Source: Azolla caroliniana (taxonomy: Eukaryota > Plantae > Polypodiophyta). Taken from it: a stretch of 9,388 nt of DNA. The number at the start of each line of letters is the position of its first letter. The stretch's first letter is position 1. Made by a program: the position numbers and the translations under genes. The notes below the pieces were generated by a model that worked only from the letters and a program-made list of their open reading frames with translations, was not told the DNA's origin and did no database searches. The stretch is taken from contig JBHGNT010001364.1 of NCBI GenBank assembly GCA_043228905.1, forward strand, positions 1 through 9,388. The letters run 5' to 3'. Below, in pieces: positions 7,657-9,388 of this stretch.

Positions 7657-8039
7657 TGTTGAGAATCAAACTCAACTTCCCATGTGTGGGAGCACACTCT
7701 AGGAGACTCAAGTGTGTGAACACCCCACCTCCTTGTATAATAACTAGTGTGTCATAGAAGTTAACATCCTATGACTGTTGACACATATTCTTTAAGTAGT
7801 TAAGTCTCAACCCCTTTCCCAAGGGGCCGTTTCAGTGAGAGAACTTAGAGAGAAGGTGGACTACATAAGCACCTTCTCCTTCTCTTTGTAACTGTTATTG
7901 GCTTATTCTGGCTTGTGTTAATACAATTTTCTGTTTTTCTATATTTTCTTGTGTTGTCTCTCTCTCTCTCTCTCTCACTCACTCACTCACTCACACACAC
8001 ATCTCTTCTGCTGCATAGAATCATCACCGATTCTTTACA
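7657..8039 (+). repeat. Putative 5' LTR (383 bp) of the copia element
   Basis: Begins TGTTGAGAATC at 7657 and ends TTTACA at 8039, directly before the PBS. The 3' boundary is firm. The 5' boundary is inferred from the TGTTG motif because the second LTR is outside the window. Contains a (TC)10(ACTC)4(AC)n tract at 7957-8001. Confidence 0.7.
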
Positions 8040-8051
8040 TGGTATCGGAGC
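8040..8051 (+). other. Primer binding site complementary to the 3' end of initiator tRNA-Met
   Basis: TGGTATCGGAGC, one A>G change from the canonical plant TGGTATCAGAGC, immediately after the LTR-terminal CA. Confidence 0.9.
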
Positions 8052-8168
8052 ACTTGGTAGCTTGATCCAAGCCCATCGCCTTCATGTGTGTTGTGTCTAA
8101 TCCCGTGTTCACAGAGAACCTGTAGCAACAACCAACATAGTTCGAATCAAGAGAAGAAGAAGTTCGAC

Positions 8169-9388
8169 ATGAGCACTTGGATGGGAAACGCTCTTCCTAC
8201 AGAGAAACTTGACAGAAACAATTTCGCATCTTAGGAGTACAAGATGAATCAATACCTTGTCGGCCAAGTTTATTGGAGTTATGTCGAAGGGGCAAACGAA
8301 AATCAGCCCAAGCACATGCCGACCATCCAACTTGGGAGCAAGCAACGAGTCAGATGTTGTACTGCCTTGCATCATGCGTCCATGATCACATGCTCGATTA
8401 CATCCGAGAGGCCAAAACGCCAAAATAGGTGTGAGGGAACCTCAAGAAGATATTCGCGGCAAACACAACCACACGAAAGCTTCAGCTCCGCCAAGAGTTG
8501 AACATGATTCAATAGAGGGGCATGCCCATCGACAGCTACACCTTGAAGATCAAGGAGTTGTGCGACTCCCTTGGGTCGATCAATGTCAACATTGACGACT
8601 ATGAAATGGTGCAAATATGCCTCGGCGGCTTAGCACCACACTTCAAAAGCCATTCGGTTGGTCATCCTCGCAAGGGAGAAGTCTTCCTCCATCTTCGATC
8701 TCTAGTTGATGTTATTGGTGGAAGAAAACCACGTCTGAACGAGAGGCAACGCATCTAACGGACAATTGTTTTACACAAACTCGGACGACGAAAGAGGACA
8801 AGGCCATGGAAGAAGGGGCCAACCAGGCCAAGGTCAGTACAACCAAAGGCAACCCCGAGAACAAAACTTCAACTATCGACAAGACGTTGTGAACGCACAA
8901 GGTGGAGCGTCAAGAAGCAGGGGGAGCTATCATGCCAGACCGAGCCGATAGAATAACTCCGCCCAATGCGGATACTGTGGCAAGCATGGCCACTATGAGG
9001 CAGAGTGTCGCAAAAAGAAGAGTGAGTCGGCAACTCACCAACTACGCCTCAAACGACGATCGTGGCGGAATGTTTGTGATGAGGCACATCACAAACTCTA
9101 TGACAACCTCTAACTCGACTAGCACCTCCAACTCAAAAGATGTATGGTTTGTCAACTCGGGTGTATCCCACCACATGACGTCTCATGAGGATTGGTTCTA
9201 AGATCTACAAAAGCCCGAATGACTTGGCTATGTGGAAACTGGGAATGACACAATTCACCCCATTCAACATGTCGGCAATGTCCCATTTGGGGAAGAAGGC
9301 AACCAAACCTACATCAAGAAGGTCTTGCATGTTCCAACAATAACGAAGAACCTGGTCTCGATTGGCCAAATTGTGGAACAAGGCATGC
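8169..9388 (+). pseudogene. Disrupted copia gag-pol (gag, zinc knuckle, aspartic protease region)
   Basis: Reconstructed translation: MSTWMGNALPTEKLDRNNFAS*EYKMNQYLVGQVYWSYVEG / WEQATSQMLYCLASCVHDHMLDYIREAKTPK*V*GNLKKIFAANTTTRKLQLRQELN..YTLKIKELCDSLGSINVNIDDYEMVQICLGGL / ..FDL*LMLLVEE..CGYCGKHGHYEAEC (8967-9008) / VWFVNSGVSHHMTSHEDWF..VLHVPTITKNLVSIGQI. Nine in-frame stops and three frameshifts (~8315, ~8648, ~9025). Confidence 0.92.

Larger units (their letters stand above)
7657..9388 (+). mobile_element. Ty1/copia LTR retrotransposon, 5' part (LTR, PBS, gag, protease), inactivated and continuing beyond the window
   Basis: LTR-like TG...CA segment, tRNA-iMet PBS, copia gag N-terminus, CCHC zinc knuckle and a WxxDSGxSxHMT-type protease motif, all in canonical order. 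Confidence 0.92.

Noticed and set aside
8109-8900. Minus-strand ORFs over the gag region
   Set aside because: Antisense shadows of the copia gag pseudogene with no independent support.

Overview
Eukaryotic land-plant nuclear DNA; a non-seed plant such as a fern or moss is a guess from overall style, not something the sequence proves. The centre is an intact five-exon nuclear gene for plastid 50S ribosomal protein L15 (RPL15/uL15c, + strand, 1601-4618, about 262 aa with a Ser-rich transit peptide), which the ORF track only partly captures. Upstream is a heavily decayed Ty1/copia RT-RNase H remnant (about 150-946), followed by a 3-copy ~127-bp tandem array (1014-1402) that fills the likely RPL15 promoter. 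Downstream is AT-rich, mostly unassignable sequence with faint relics, then the 5' end of a second, younger but inactivated Ty1/copia element (5' LTR 7657-8039, tRNA-iMet PBS, gag with zinc knuckle, protease) running off the window. I found no convincing novel biological system. The best leads are regulatory and structural: the retroelement-adjacent promoter array with site II and telo-box-like motifs, a competing frame-breaking splice acceptor behind an intron microsatellite, and cryptic repeats inside the introns.
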